A DNA stretch of 64,000 bases, taken from positions 54,498,001 to 54,562,000 of the forward strand of contig OX597817.1 of the NCBI GenBank assembly GCA_951406725.2, written 5' to 3'. This document shows positions 1 through 13,104 of this stretch, piece after piece. The notes under the pieces were generated by a model. The model was not told the DNA's origin, did no database searches, and saw only the letters and a list, made by a program, of their open reading frames with translations. Each line of letters starts with the position of its first letter. The first letter of the stretch is position 1. The DNA comes from Octopus vulgaris (Eukaryota). The position numbers and the translations under genes are program-made.

Positions 1-202
1 GTGTATATAAACTGTAGTTCTACAAAAAAACATACAAAATACCTAAGGGCATTGTTTTTCCCTTTGAAGAGATCATGCTCAGAAATATGAACTTAAATAT
101 GAACTTAATTCACTGTCTGTAATTGAAACAGCTGTAAAGAAAAATGATCGATTTGGTGTTGATAAACTCTTATTAACTTCAGTCTCCATTTTCTTCTTTT
201 TC

Positions 203-345
<143 letters not shown>

Positions 346-366
346 TATATACATATATATATATAC

Positions 367-830
367 AAAATGGGACAAGAACGCAAAACATACAGAGAGT
401 TAGGTGCTACAAAAAGGGGACAACAAAACATCCAGATAGAAGATACAAAGAAAACAAGGACGGATCATTCGGAGTTTTCTTTCCTCAGTCGAGTTGCAGA
501 TTATCTTTGCAATTTCGGCTGGTTATACTCGAGATTGCTCCAATCTGGCCAGCCCGAAGGAAAAACTAAGCTAAGAGCATTAGATTCCGTGGAAGAAAGC
601 AGCGAATTAATACGAAAACAAGGACGTAAAAAACGGAGCAAGTTACACAAATACAAATAACAGGACAAAACAACTAAGGACGAATTAAATTAAGCTGGCG
701 TGTGTGGAAGTAAAGCCTTGCGGCAGGGATACAAGATTTCACAGGCACAGGGAAGAATATAGATATTGCACGGACAACGGCCGAACAAAGGAAGAAACGT
801 CAGGCTTGGCTGAACACCGGTCTCGTGGGA
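367..830 (-). repeat. Dispersed (TA)n-abutting repeat; homologue in opposite orientation at ~32010-32210
   Basis: Shared blocks CCGAAAT, GACTGA(G/T)GAAAGAAA, CTTTGTATCNTCTATCTG, TTGTNCCATTT ending in (TA)n in both copies. Confidence 0.55.
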
Positions 831-838
831 GTATGTGT

Positions 839-1173
839 GAAGGTGCATGGCTCAGTGGTTAGGGCGTCGGGCTTACGATCGTGAGGTTGTGAGTTCGAAT
901 CCCGGACCGGGCTGCGTTTTGTGTTCTTGAGCAAGACACTTTATTTCACGTTGCCCCAGTTCACTCAGCTGTAGAAATGAGTTGCGACGTCACAGGTGTC
1001 AAGCTGTATCTGCTGTTGCCTTCCCTTGGATAGCACTGGTGGAGTGGAGAGGGGACACCGGTATGTCATGGTTTACTGCTGGTCCCTCTATAAACAACCT
1101 TGCCCGGACTTGTGCTTGGAAGGGTAACTTTCTAGGTACAATCCCATGGACAGTCATGACCGAAGGGGCTCTT
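839..1173 (+). mobile_element. tRNA-derived SINE, family C
   Basis: A box TGGCTCAGTGG, B box GTTCGAATCC; close second copy at 36066-36400. Confidence 0.9.
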
Positions 1174-1185
1174 AACTCATGTATA

Positions 1186-1220
<35 letters not shown>

Positions 1221-1499
1221 GGGGGGTGTATCAATGTGCAAACTAACCCAGCTGAACCCTCTTTTACTGTTCACGAATAACTTGCTTATCTCCATTTATT
1301 AAATAGAGTGTTGCCTAAAATCTAAAGATATATTCTGTGTAAGAACATTTTATTGAATTATAACCTTTTTTAATACATACTACAAAACGTGTTCTACGTA
1401 GTGTAGCCGTAAATGTTGCTAAAAAGGAAAACTTGAATTTCAAGATAATTAAGGATCGCATTCAAATGAAACATTCAACATTTATTAGTGGGCTGAATG

Positions 1500-2470
1500 A
1501 AAAACTATATCCACAAAATTTATTTTAAAATGTCCCCGCTTCTTTGTTGATACAACGCTTTAAACGCTGAAGTTATTCATATATTGCAGTACGCACAATT
1601 ATAATTGGAAAATTGGTCGTCGCAGCGACAAGGGCGCGCTTAACAGAATCCACAAGCCACACCCTCCACAGTTTGTAATCAACAGGATTCAAATCCGGAC
1701 TCCTAGACGGCCAATCTGCCGCCTTCGTGAAGTCAACCACTCCTGAGTTACCTTGGGTTTGTGCTCTGGGGCTGAGTCCTGCTGGAAGCTCCATTCTTTG
1801 CCATTGAACAAGAATTTGTTACTTTCCAGGACATCAGTGAGGTACACACGAGCTGTGATTTCCTCCCCTTTTTCACATAAATGAACGCAATCACTCTTCC
1901 GTAAAACACACTCCACCAAACCATGACTGAAGCAGAGTGATGGCCTATTTCAACTATGTGAATGACCCCAGAAGCTTTTTTAGAGCTGTGGGCGTACACC
2001 CTGTCATTTTGATGGTTCTAGCTTTCTACGGTGAAAATTTTGTCATCAGTGAAAAAGATGTTTCAATGAGCACTGCTTGCGTACCGGAGAAGAAGCTGTT
2101 GGAATCTACTCACTCAGATTGCTTTCAATGAAGGAGTTAACATGTATCCGGTACATCATTGAAATGCCCAGATCTTTAGGTCTTCCCTGGTTAACCTAAA
2201 TATCGATCTGAGCGAAATTTCCGTCTCTCTAGCCATGAATTTTTCCTTCCTCACACATTTCCTTCGAATTCTGTCTCAACAGTTTTGACCTACATGAGAG
2301 TCCTTACAGTGCGAGCACGACCTTTCCTTGAGATGTCATACATAGCCTGATGACCTACGAACCTCTTTGTGGTGCGATACTCAATCATCGTGACCTGCCT
2401 TTTAAAGACCAACAACAATTATACCATTTTCTTTGATACTCCATTCCATTGTTAAATACAAAAATTAGAT
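1500..2470 (-). pseudogene. Decayed Tc1/mariner transposase
   Basis: Frameshifted motifs SVMVWW, FQQDSAP, WPSRSPDLNPVDYKLW across ORFs 1573-1999. Confidence 0.85.
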
Positions 2471-2506
2471 TACTTAACACCTGAAATTCAATGCAGAAGG
2501 TTATTA

Positions 2507-2653
2507 GGCGCAGTAGTAGCTGTGTGGTAAGTAGCTTGCTTACGAACCACATGGTTCTAGGTTCAGTCCCACTGCGTGGCACCTTGGGCAAGTGTCTTCT
2601 ACTATAGCCTCGAGTCGACCAAAGCCTTGTGAGTGGACTTGGTAGACGGAAAC
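2507..2653 (+). mobile_element. SINE family A, 5' half (tRNA head + CORE-like domain)
   Basis: Matches the 5' half of the intact copy at 49752-50134; ACCTTGGGCAAGT is CORE-like; 3' half resumes at 5728. Confidence 0.9.
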
Positions 2654-2691
<38 letters not shown>

Positions 2692-2936
2692 CGGAAGGTT
2701 TGGAGATGATGTACAGGTATTATATATTAGAAAAATTGAGGTAATCAGATCAGATGGTTCATATTTGTAGATATTTATTTATATATTACATTTTTTACAT
2801 ATATATCATATCATTCGGATTAGCGCTTGCTCCCATTCTAGTGGGTTTTCAAATCAAATCAGTTGTGGGTAGTTTGAACCTTTTTATAGTTTCGTAGTAG
2901 TGGGTGAGGAGGAAGTGAGACAGAGAGAAAATATGT

Positions 2937-2998
<62 letters not shown>

Positions 2999-3202
2999 AT
3001 TTATATCTGAGAGTGAAGAAGTGTTATTTCCGTTGGTCTGCTGGACCCCCTGTGGTTTTATAAGAACTTTGGCTGTCCATTTCAATGTCACTGAGTGTGT
3101 GTTGTGCATAGGTTGGCCTGGCAAATGTCATTTGGGGTCACACTTTCTATGATCATTCTGTGGAGGTGTGTGTGTGTGTGTGTCTCTGTGTGTCTGTGTG
3201 TG

Positions 3203-3259
<57 letters not shown>

Positions 3260-3789
3260 TGTGTGTTTGGAGAAGGGAGAGAGACAAAAAGAGAAAAGGG
3301 AAAATAAAAATAATAATAATAAAAATAAAAATAAAAAATTAAAAAATTAAAAAAATAAAATAAAAACAAAAAATAAAAAATAAAATAAAAAAATATAAAG
3401 AATAAATAAAAATATAAAGAATAAAAATAAAAATATAAAGAATAAAAAATAAAAAAATAAAAATAAAAATAAAAATAAAAATAAGGGAGGAAGTGGAGAA
3501 GAAAAAATATTTTTGTGTGTTGATATTTATACCAACACATATATATACACACACACACAGACTTATACATAAAATATTTGAAAAAACCTTTTTATCGGTT
3601 CAAAATGAACAACCAAATTATACCATCTTGAAAGTTGTATGTCATAGGAAAGTTAAAATTAAAGTGACAATTAAAGGGTAAAGATGGAAGTGAATTATAA
3701 AGATAATAATATAATATGATGTATATAACAGGCAATACACACATCTACACACACACAGATTTTTCCTTCAATGTATGTTGAGTAAAGTT

Positions 3790-4217
3790 TCAGCCATTTA
3801 ATTTGGGGGAGAACTTAGCTATGAAATGTTTTTCCATATTCCTCCTGAAGGGGGTGTCATTCTTCGGACACTTGTAGAAGGGAAATATCTTAAATTTTCC
3901 TTCTCCACATGTAGCTAGGTGTGTGCTTAGTGGTATTTTGCGTAGTTCTTCCTGCCGAATATGTTGTCGGTGGATCCTGGCTCGCTGGCACAAAGAATTA
4001 CCAGTTTCTCCTACGTAATTCTCCTTGCATGTGGGGCAGGTTATGCAGTATATGACGTTCTGCGTCTTGCAGTTCATATCTGCATTTACTTTGAATATGA
4101 CACCATTTTTAAATCTTATCTCTCTGTTGCTCTCTATGTATTTGTAGGTGGGGTTGCTGCAGGTCCCACATCTACCATCTCCGCACTCTTTTGCAAAGAA
4201 TTCCGTTTTAGTTTCTG
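3790..4217 (-). CDS. 5'-truncated PLE ORF: Cys knuckle + GIY-YIG endonuclease (Neptune-like arrangement), open to stop
   Basis: CGDGRCGTC, NCKTQNVIYCITCPTCKENYVGETG, RARIHRQHIR, EKHFIAKFSPKLN*; no true start codon. Confidence 0.85.
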
Positions 4218-4618
4218 AAGAGTGCGGAGATGGTAGATGTGGGACCTGCAGCAACCCCACCTACAAATACATAGAGAGCAACAGAGAGATAAGATTTAAA
4301 AATGGTGTCATATTCAAAGTAAATGCAGATATGAACTGCAAGACGCAGAACGTCATATACTGCATAACCTGCCCCACATGCAAGGAGAATTACGTAGGAG
4401 AAACTGGTAATTCTTTGTGCCAGCGAGCCAGGATCCACCGACAACATATTCGGCAGGAAGAACTACGCAAAATACCACTAAGCACACACCTAGCTACATG
4501 TGGAGAAGGAAAATTTAAGATATTTCCCTTCTACAAGTGTCCGAAGAATGACACCCCTTCAGGAGGAATATGGAAAAACATTTCATAGCTAAGTTCTCCC
4601 CCAAATTAAATGGCTGAA
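4218..4618 (+). pseudogene. Mirror copy of the GIY-YIG fragment with a 1-nt frameshift
   Basis: Same peptide until KNDTP; C4 at ~4554 versus G5 at 3850-3854 in the other arm. Confidence 0.8.
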
Positions 4619-5159
4619 ACTTTACTCAACATACATTGAAGGAAAAATCTGTGTGTGTGTAGATGTGTGTATTGCCTGTTATATACATCATATTATATTA
4701 TTATCTTTATAATTCACTTCCATCTTTACCCTTTAATTGTCACTTTAATTTTAACTTTCCTATGACATACAACTTTCAAGATGGTATAATTTGGTTGTTC
4801 ATTTTGAACCGATAAAAAGGTTTTTTCAAATATTTTATGTATAAGTCTGTGTGTGTGTGTATATATATGTGTTGGTATAAATATCAACACACAAAAATAT
4901 TTTTTCTTCTCCACTTCCTCCCTTATTTTTATTTTTATTTTTATTTTTATTTTTTTATTTTTTATTCTTTATATTTTTATTTTTTATTCTTTATATTTTT
5001 ATTTATTCTTTATATTTTTTTATTTTATTTTTTATTTTTTGTTTTTATTTTATTTTTTTAATTTTTTAATTTTTTATTTTTATTTTTATTATTATTATTT
5101 TTATTTTCCCTTTTCTCTTTTTGTCTCTCTCCCCTTCTCCAAACACACAGACACACACA

Positions 5160-5201
<42 letters not shown>

Positions 5202-5403
5202 CACACACAGACACACAGAGACACACACACACACACCTCCACAGAATGATCATAGAAAGTGTGACCCCAAATGACATTTGCCAGGCCAACCTATGCACAA
5301 CACACACTCAGTGACATTGAAATGGACAGCCAAAGTTCTTATAAAACCACAGGGGGTCCAGCAGACCAACGGAAATAACACTTCTTCACTCTCAGATATA
5401 AAT

Positions 5404-5461
<58 letters not shown>

Positions 5462-5663
5462 ACATATTTTCTCTCTGTCTCACTTCCTCCTCACCCACTA
5501 CTACGAAACTATAAAAAGGTTCAAACTACCCACAACTGATTTGATTTGAAAACCCACTAGAATGGGAGCAAGCGCTAATCCGAATGATATGATATATATG
5601 TAAAAAATGTAATATATAAATAAATATCTACAAATATGAACCATCTGATCTGATTACCTCAAT

Positions 5664-5715
<52 letters not shown>

Positions 5716-5727
5716 TATATATATATA

Positions 5728-5947
5728 TGTCTGTGTGTTTCGGTGTCTTTGTTTGTCCCCCCAACATCGCTTGACAACCGATGGTAGTGTGTTTACATCC
5801 CCGTAACTTAGCGGTTCGGCAAAAGAGACCGATAGAATAAGTACTAGGCTTACAAAGAATAAGTCTTGGGGTCGATTTGCTCAACTAAAGGCGGTGCTCC
5901 AGCATGGCCGCAGTCAAATGGCTGAAACAAGTAAAAGAGTAAAAGAG
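5728..5947 (+). mobile_element. SINE family A, 3' half
   Basis: CCCCGTAACTTAGCGGTTCGGC...GGTGCTCCAGCATGGCCGCAG...GTAAAAGAG tail as in 49930-50134. Confidence 0.9.
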
Positions 5948-6221
5948 CTAATGAAATTATACAAAGGAAAAATATTTTAGGTGCAAAAATATATGAAAAT
6001 TTAAAGGAGAAGATTTGTAACAGTATCGATGTTTATACTTGGTAGAGGCGAATCTGCTTATCTCAGTTACCTATGTGCCTATTAATAATATGCTATAAGC
6101 TGTGTTTTCCGAGGAGAGTTCAAAATTTTATTTAATTTATGATGATATCCCAACGCAGGACTGAAACTTACTCAGCCCATCCTTCTGTTTCCATAAATAG
6201 ATTTTATATATAATATTTGTA

Positions 6222-6440
6222 GGCGCAGGCGTGGCTGTGTGTTAAGTAGCTTGCTTACGAACCACATCGTTCCGGGTTCAGTTCGACTGAGTGGCACCTT
6301 GGGCAAGTGTCTTCTACTATAGCCTCGGGCCGACCGATGCCTTGGTCGACGGAAACTGAAAGAAGCCTATCGTATATATGTATATATATGTATGTGTGTG
6401 TATATGTTTGTGTGTCTGTGTTTGTAACCCCCCTCCACAC
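6222..6440 (+). mobile_element. SINE family A, truncated and internally deleted
   Basis: GGCGCAGGCGTGGCTGTGT head; homology to other copies. Confidence 0.85.
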
Positions 6441-6644
6441 AACACACGAAAAAATCTCAGAGGAAGTCATTTACATAGGGATAAATGTCCAGAAAAATAG
6501 GTAAGGTGGAGCTGACATAAACTCTTTTATTATTATTATCAGTTCAAGGGGCCTACAATAGAAAAATAGGATGCTACAATGAGATCTAGATGGACATTAG
6601 TGTACAGAAGAATAAAAATAGATATGATCAAAGTATAGGCTTTG

Positions 6645-6758
6645 TTTAGCCCGACGCTATAGTAGAAGACACTTGTCCAAGGTGCCTCTCAGCGGGACTG
6701 AACCCGAAACCATGTGGTTGGGAAGCAAGCTTCTTACCACACAAGCACTCCTGCGCCC
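6645..6758 (-). mobile_element. SINE family A head fragment
   Basis: Reverse complement of the family A head. Confidence 0.8.
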
Positions 6759-8014
6759 ATATATATACACACACACACACAAATGATTTTCCTGGAACAC
6801 ATAAATGTATGGAAGGCCATTCTGACCTGACATGTTTCGTGACTAATTGACTACATCTCAGTGATAACTACTTCTCATCCCATGCCCCCTGTTTACAAGG
6901 ATACGAGGATACTGAATAGTAAACACTATTGAAATCATTAGAAAAATTCAGAATGCAACTGAAGTGCACCTATTAATTAGTATATAGCTTTTTTTATGAA
7001 CGACGTGATGACTTAATTAATACTTGTCTTATGCCCAAAGAGCATGTATATGAAAGCTGAAATCATATTTAATTGTTTAGGTAATTTAAGTTATAGTTAG
7101 CTTCCATTTTATAATGTTTCTTAATTGTGAAGATAAATCTAAATGAAATTAACCTGTAGTATATAACGCCTACGTTTTAGAAAGCAAACAAACGTAGATA
7201 CATTTTGATAGTCTCCTTCTACATAGAAAATTAAAGGAGTTCACCTTTACAAATTCATATCTGATTAGCGTCATAGAGCGGTTTTATTTTTTCATCTTTT
7301 GAAGTAACTGTGTAAAAAATAATTTTTAGTAATCTTGATTTTCTTACTTATATCTCATTCTTCGTTTTGACGCTTTTCTAAGGATTCTTGTTTGGACCTC
7401 ATTTATCTCATAAAATATCACAATTTACACTTTTTAACTTATTTTCGATTATCTAATGTATCACTCTCTAACAACTACAGTTTTTCAAAACATCTACACA
7501 CTTTAACTAAAATAATTTATTTAAAAAGATTTATTTTAGAATTTTTCGTTGTCCTTTAATTGTTCATAAGAAACCATGTCTTTCTTCACGGTTGAGCCTT
7601 TGCCGCACTGAATATTGCAGTAAGCAGTAATTTTGCAAATTTATCAATTTCATTATCATATTTTGCCTAAATTAGAGTTTTTACTTGTTAGAATTACCTT
7701 TCTGTTTGCAAGACGGCCAAATGTCTTTTTTACTGGATATATTTTTTAAAAATACTTTATTCTCTTTCACGAAGACGAATTTAACGCATTAACTACCACA
7801 TACACCACTGATAGTTCATCGCAAACTTCCCACCGCTGCCATATGCACCACCAGTGGTGCATTTTCATAATTTGAGAATATATTTCTATTTTTTAACTTT
7901 TACATGCTTTCGAAGATATTTAAATTAACATGAGTGCTTAAAATTTAATTATGAAATATTGTAAAAATCTAAAAAACTTATAATTTCATTTAATTCAGCA
8001 ATGAGAGCAATATT

Positions 8015-8201
8015 ACAGTTCTATGTTTAAGAGATGAGGAATTATTTACATTATTTACATTTGACTGATATTTGTCCTCACTTTGTGTGTTGTTAACATA
8101 ACGTTTCGGCTGGTATACCTTCCAACCTTCATCAGGTGTCTTGGGGAAATTTCAAACCTGGGTTCTCATTCATAAAGTATTTTTCGATGTTATTATTATT
8201 A

Positions 8202-8270
<69 letters not shown>

Positions 8271-8341
8271 TCACTGCCTGGAATCGAACACAGAATCTTG
8301 GGTTTAGTAGCCGGCGCTCTTACCCACTACGGCATATGCCC
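8015..8341 (-). mobile_element. Composite short element: tRNA-like head, (AAT)n, hammerhead ribozyme; 8-bp flanking duplication
   Basis: GCAATATT at 8007-8014 and 8342-8349; head 8341-8267 with A box TGCCGTAGTGG and B box GTTCGATTCC. Confidence 0.75.
8095..8140 (-). ncRNA. Minimal type I hammerhead ribozyme
   Basis: GACAC-CTGATGA-a-GGTTGG..CCAGCC-GAAA-CGTT-ATGTT; stem II pairs, palindromic ACGT stem III. Confidence 0.8.
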
Positions 8342-8694
8342 GCAATATTGCACGAAATAGTGACATAACCGGTTAGTTCCAGTAAGAGGTTGTATGGGTC
8401 GAATGTTAATATCTACGTTTTATTATCATTCTACTGGAAATTAATAAGCATTAATTTTTTTCCTACCGACTACTTTTAGGTGAAAACATCTGATTCGTTC
8501 ATCTCATGGCTAAACTTCTTGACCTCATCAGTAACCTTCTGGAACCATGAAGTTGAGCCACAGAGAAATTGTCTTTCGTCTAAATTGTAAAAGGTACCAC
8601 CAATAGTCATTTCTCAACTGCTGCTAAACTGGAGTAAATTCTTGCATGGCGCATCGGAGAAGAATAACTCTTAAAATTTTAAAATTACGTAAGG

Positions 8695-9205
8695 AGTGGA
8701 ACTCCGTCGGTTACGACGACGAGGGTTCCAGTTGATCCGATCAACGGAGCGGCCTGCTCGTGAAATTAACATGCAAGTGGCTGAGCACTCCACAGACACG
8801 TGTACCCGTAAAGTAGTTCTCGGGGAGATTCAGCGTAACACACAGAGTGACAAGGCTGGCCTCCTTTGAAATACTGGTACAACAGAAACAGGAAAAAAGA
8901 GTGAGAGAATGTTGTGGGGAAAAAGTACAGCAGGGTTCGCTGCCACCCCCTGACGCAGCTTCGTGGAGCTTTAGGTGTTTTCGCTCAGTAAAACTCACGA
9001 GGCCCGGTCTGGGAATCGAAACTGCGATCCAACGTCCCCGAATGCTGTGGTGAAAGAGTACAGCAGGGTCCGCAATTGCCCACCCCTGTTGGAGCCTCGT
9101 GGAGCGTTTTAGGTGTTTTCGCTCAATAAACACTCGGTCTGGGAAGCGAAATCGCGATCCTACGATCGCGAGTCCGCTGCCCTAACCACTGGGCCATTGC
9201 GTCTC
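8695..9205 (-). mobile_element. tRNA-derived SINE family D with partially duplicated head
   Basis: Homologous to 10334-10697(+) and 33935-34025; block CCCAGACCG..GAGCGAAAACACCTAAA..CCCTGCTGTACT occurs twice. Confidence 0.85.
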
Positions 9206-10036
9206 CAACCGTACGGAATACATGGAAATGGAAAAGAAGGAGCCGGAAATGGTAAAACAAAAAGAAAAGAAAAAGAAAAAATGAAAATGAGAAACTAAAA
9301 AAAAAACATACAAAATCGTATCTCCGCTGTTTAAAACGTACAAATTTGAAATGTTCAAAACTTGATTAATTTTTAAATACCAGGTGTGCATTCTTAATGC
9401 ACAGTTCCTTCTTATTCTGTTCATAACAGAAACATTTCTGTTGCTATTTCTTCCTTGCTGACAACTTCATGACATTGCATGGCCGTTTTAAATACTTGCC
9501 CACTTCGCTTCTCTCTCTTTTTCTCTATGAATCGTTATATTTTCACTGTACCTCTCTCTCTCTCTATATATATATATATCTCCTCCCTCACCTAATGTCT
9601 TAGAGTTTTCAATGCCTACTACTACTTGGCATCCTGATTTTACATCAAGAAAACTAAGTAACTATCCGTTAGACAATTAACTAAATGATTTCAATAAACA
9701 TTTGTATCTTATATAGTAATAAAAAATATAGAAATCATTTTACAAGTATTTTCCAAAGTCGTGTAAAAATTAATAACCATGTCTTGTAAACATGTAAATT
9801 TGCATCAACATTCGAATATGGATTAATTTATTTGTGACTCAGTGAGTTCAAATCTTGCTGAGGCCAAATTCGCCTGTCATCATTTCAGGGCTGATAAATA
9901 AATTATAAGTCCTGTACATTGGTCATTTCCTGTCGTTCCCGGAGACTTCTCTCTGTCCGCTGTTTTCTAACCCGGAAGAAGTCGACTTTCGTAGCACCTG
10001 GAGCGTGATGAACCACATGATCTCCACAATGGCATA

Positions 10037-10116
<80 letters not shown>

Positions 10117-10117
<1 letters not shown>

Positions 10118-10328
10118 CAAGATGTAACCGCATGTGAATAGTTGGCGAGTTTCTTCCTCCGTCTTCCTTTCTATTGGACTTTCCTCTGTTTCTGAAGAAG
10201 AGCGTTGCACGAAACGTTAAACCATCTTTCTTTCCTTCCCTGGGCGTCTGCTAATACTTTACATGTACCATATCCACGCGTTGTTGTTTTTTTATTTGAG
10301 CTTCTATATTTTTGGCTTAATTATATAT
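10117..10328 (+). mobile_element. ~210-bp (TA)n-embedded element with hammerhead at 10187-10222
   Basis: GTTT-CTGAAGA-aGAGCgttGCAC-GAAA-CGTT-AAAC; homologues at 45752-45857(-) and 60946-61050(+). Confidence 0.75.
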
Positions 10329-10333
10329 TGTAG

Positions 10334-10697
10334 GCATAGTGGCCCAGGGTCAAGGCAGCGGATTCGCAGTCGTAGGATCATGGTTTCGATTCCCAGACCG
10401 GTCGTTGTGAGTGTTTATTGAGTGAAAACATCCAAAGCTCCACGATGCTCCGACAAGGCGTGGTGGGGAACTCTGCTGTATTCTTTCACCACAGCTTTCT
10501 TCCTGTTTCAGTTGTACGTGTATTTCAAAGGGCCAGCCTTGTTACACCCTGTGTCACGCTGAATATCCCCAAGAACTATGTTAAGGGTACCCGTGACTGT
10601 GGAGTGCTCAGCCACTTGCACGTTAATTTCACGAGCAGGCTGTTCCGTTGATCTCATCAACTGGAACTCGCGTCGTCATAACCAATGGAATGTCACG
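10334..10697 (+). mobile_element. SINE family D
   Basis: tRNA-like head with TTTCGATTCC; body homologous to 8695-9205. Confidence 0.8.
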
Positions 10698-10740
10698 ATA
10701 TATATATATAGATATATATGCATATTTGTTTGTGCACATT

Positions 10741-10942
10741 TAAGAGGGATAGCTGAAAAGTTCCTGGCTCAGGAAGGTCAGTTAATTATGATTTTATTCA
10801 ACTTATTCCGAACTTGGATCCACACAGTTATTGCAGCGGTTGTTCAAATGTTCTAAGCCCTGTCAAAAAAGTCAAAAGTTTGGGCCTCAAGCCAGGTCTT
10901 TGTTGAAACCCTAAGAGCTAAACCTTTTCAGTACCCAATCGT
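10741..10942. mobile_element. Mariner-type MITE
   Basis: Imperfect TIRs GCTGAAAAG / CTTTTCAGTACCC; homologous (inverted) to 13105-13313. Confidence 0.7.
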
Positions 10943-10984
10943 GTGGTTGTGTGTATATATATACATATATATAAATACATACAT

Positions 10985-11044
<60 letters not shown>

Positions 11045-11543
11045 ATAAGTGTGTATGCTGCGCACGTGCATGTGTATGTAATTATTTGCTAATACGCTAT
11101 GAAATGCATTGACTTCTTTATCAGTTACATTTTACGTCCGTTTAATATGAATATCTATCTATCTATCTTTTCTATTCATCTTTCTGTCTGCATATACTAA
11201 GGCAGCATTTGTATTGCATGTCAGTGTGAGTGTGTATATGAGTGTACGCACACACACGCACGTACACGCACAAATCGCAGTATATAGAGAGACCACAAGT
11301 GGCTATTTAACGTATATAATTAAACAGTATCACATACAAATACACGGAAACGACCGGAGTGTAGCTTTCAAATATACACATTGATGCATTTGCATTATTG
11401 TATGTAGATATGTAAAAGATATGTAAATATGTATGTATATATGTATGCATGTATTTAATGTTTGTATTTGTGTATACATGTATGTATATATGTATATATA
11501 TACATATATATCTAACTATATATATATATATATATTCATATAC

Positions 11544-11584
<41 letters not shown>

Positions 11585-11661
11585 TACATATATTTATATA
11601 TATGTATATAGACACATACATACAAACAAACACACGTATGTGCAAAAGTGGAAATATATAG

Positions 11662-11701
<40 letters not shown>

Positions 11702-11821
11702 ACACTCACACGAAACAGAGATCTTGAAATTTAGCCAATAGTATCATAGAGGCAATTATTATATACAGATTTTAATTGTATTCAGTATAGATTATTTAGA
11801 TTTCATAATATATTCATATCA

Positions 11822-11893
<72 letters not shown>

Positions 11894-12363
11894 TTATATA
11901 TATGTATATATATAGGTATATATATATATATATAGGTATGTATGTACGTCAATATATATATGGGTATATATATAAATATATATACAACGTGCATATATAT
12001 ATATGCGTACACAAACGCACGCACACAAACACACACACACATATATATATATATCACCATATATATGCACATGTGGATATACGCATATATATAAGTATAT
12101 ATCTGTGAGAAATGCATATCAATTGCTAAATTGGATTTTCTTGGAAAATAAAGGAACTTTTACAAACTGTTGACCCTATATTTAGACAGATTGGTGTAAG
12201 CATATGAGTGGGTATTTATATATATATATATGCACATATATATGTGTATATGTATATATATATATACATATATATATGTAGATATATACATATTCAAATA
12301 TATTTATACGCATATAAATGTATATATATAGATATATGTATATTTATATATACATATATATGA

Positions 12364-12404
<41 letters not shown>

Positions 12405-12445
12405 CGCATTTATGTATATAGAGGTGTATATACATATATGTATGC

Positions 12446-12486
<41 letters not shown>

Positions 12487-12537
12487 CATGTGTACACTCC
12501 ACACACATTCACATTCATATCTCCATATATGTATATG

Positions 12538-12578
<41 letters not shown>

Positions 12579-13104
12579 TCACATCTGCATAGACATTGAA
12601 ACTAATAAATATATATCTATAGAAATGTCGCCCTTGTTAATTTCTCTCTATATTCATGCGCGCACACTCACACACACACGCGCGCGCCCACACACACACA
12701 CAGATATATGCATATATACAAACATATCTATGTATATACAAATATGTGTGTGTGTGTATTGTGTACATTTGTGTGTATGTACGTATATATGTAAATGTGT
12801 AAGTATTCGGATTTGTCTGCTCTCGCGTATGGACGATAGTTTTCCTCTAAATTTGTGTACAGCCAATCTTAATCATACCTATATATATATATATATATAC
12901 TATACACATACTTCTAAGTATATACCTCCCTGTATTGACAATAGGCGTGTCTTTTAATGGTGAAACTGTTTCCTCCAATATTCAATTATTTACCAGAATG
13001 CACTCAAATATACATGGAAAAGCAGAAGCCTGAAATACATATACGTAACTACGTGGATGTACGTGTATAGCGACTCCAAACCCATGTACATACGGGCATC
13101 TTTA

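Larger units (their letters stand above)
2691..5677. mobile_element. Head-to-head inverted duplication of a Penelope-like element 3' end
   Basis: Arms 2721-4190 and 4218-5677 are near-exact reverse complements with a 27-bp spacer; (TA)n on both sides. Confidence 0.92.

Noticed and set aside
455-492. CTGAGGA...GAAT hammerhead-like motif (minus strand; also 32076-32100)
   Set aside because: GAAA core and stems not satisfied in either copy
839-915. tRNA genes at SINE heads (also 8267-8341, 36066-36140)
   Set aside because: Acceptor and anticodon stems are imperfect and the heads continue into repeat bodies
5240-5300. Possible SECIS or hammerhead in the PLE 3' UTR
   Set aside because: No convincing kink-turn stem geometry or CUGANGA/GAAA pair found by eye; no in-frame UGA in the fragment
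7200-7900. AT-rich stretch possibly from a decayed DNA transposon
   Set aside because: No interpretable protein motif or paired terminal repeats
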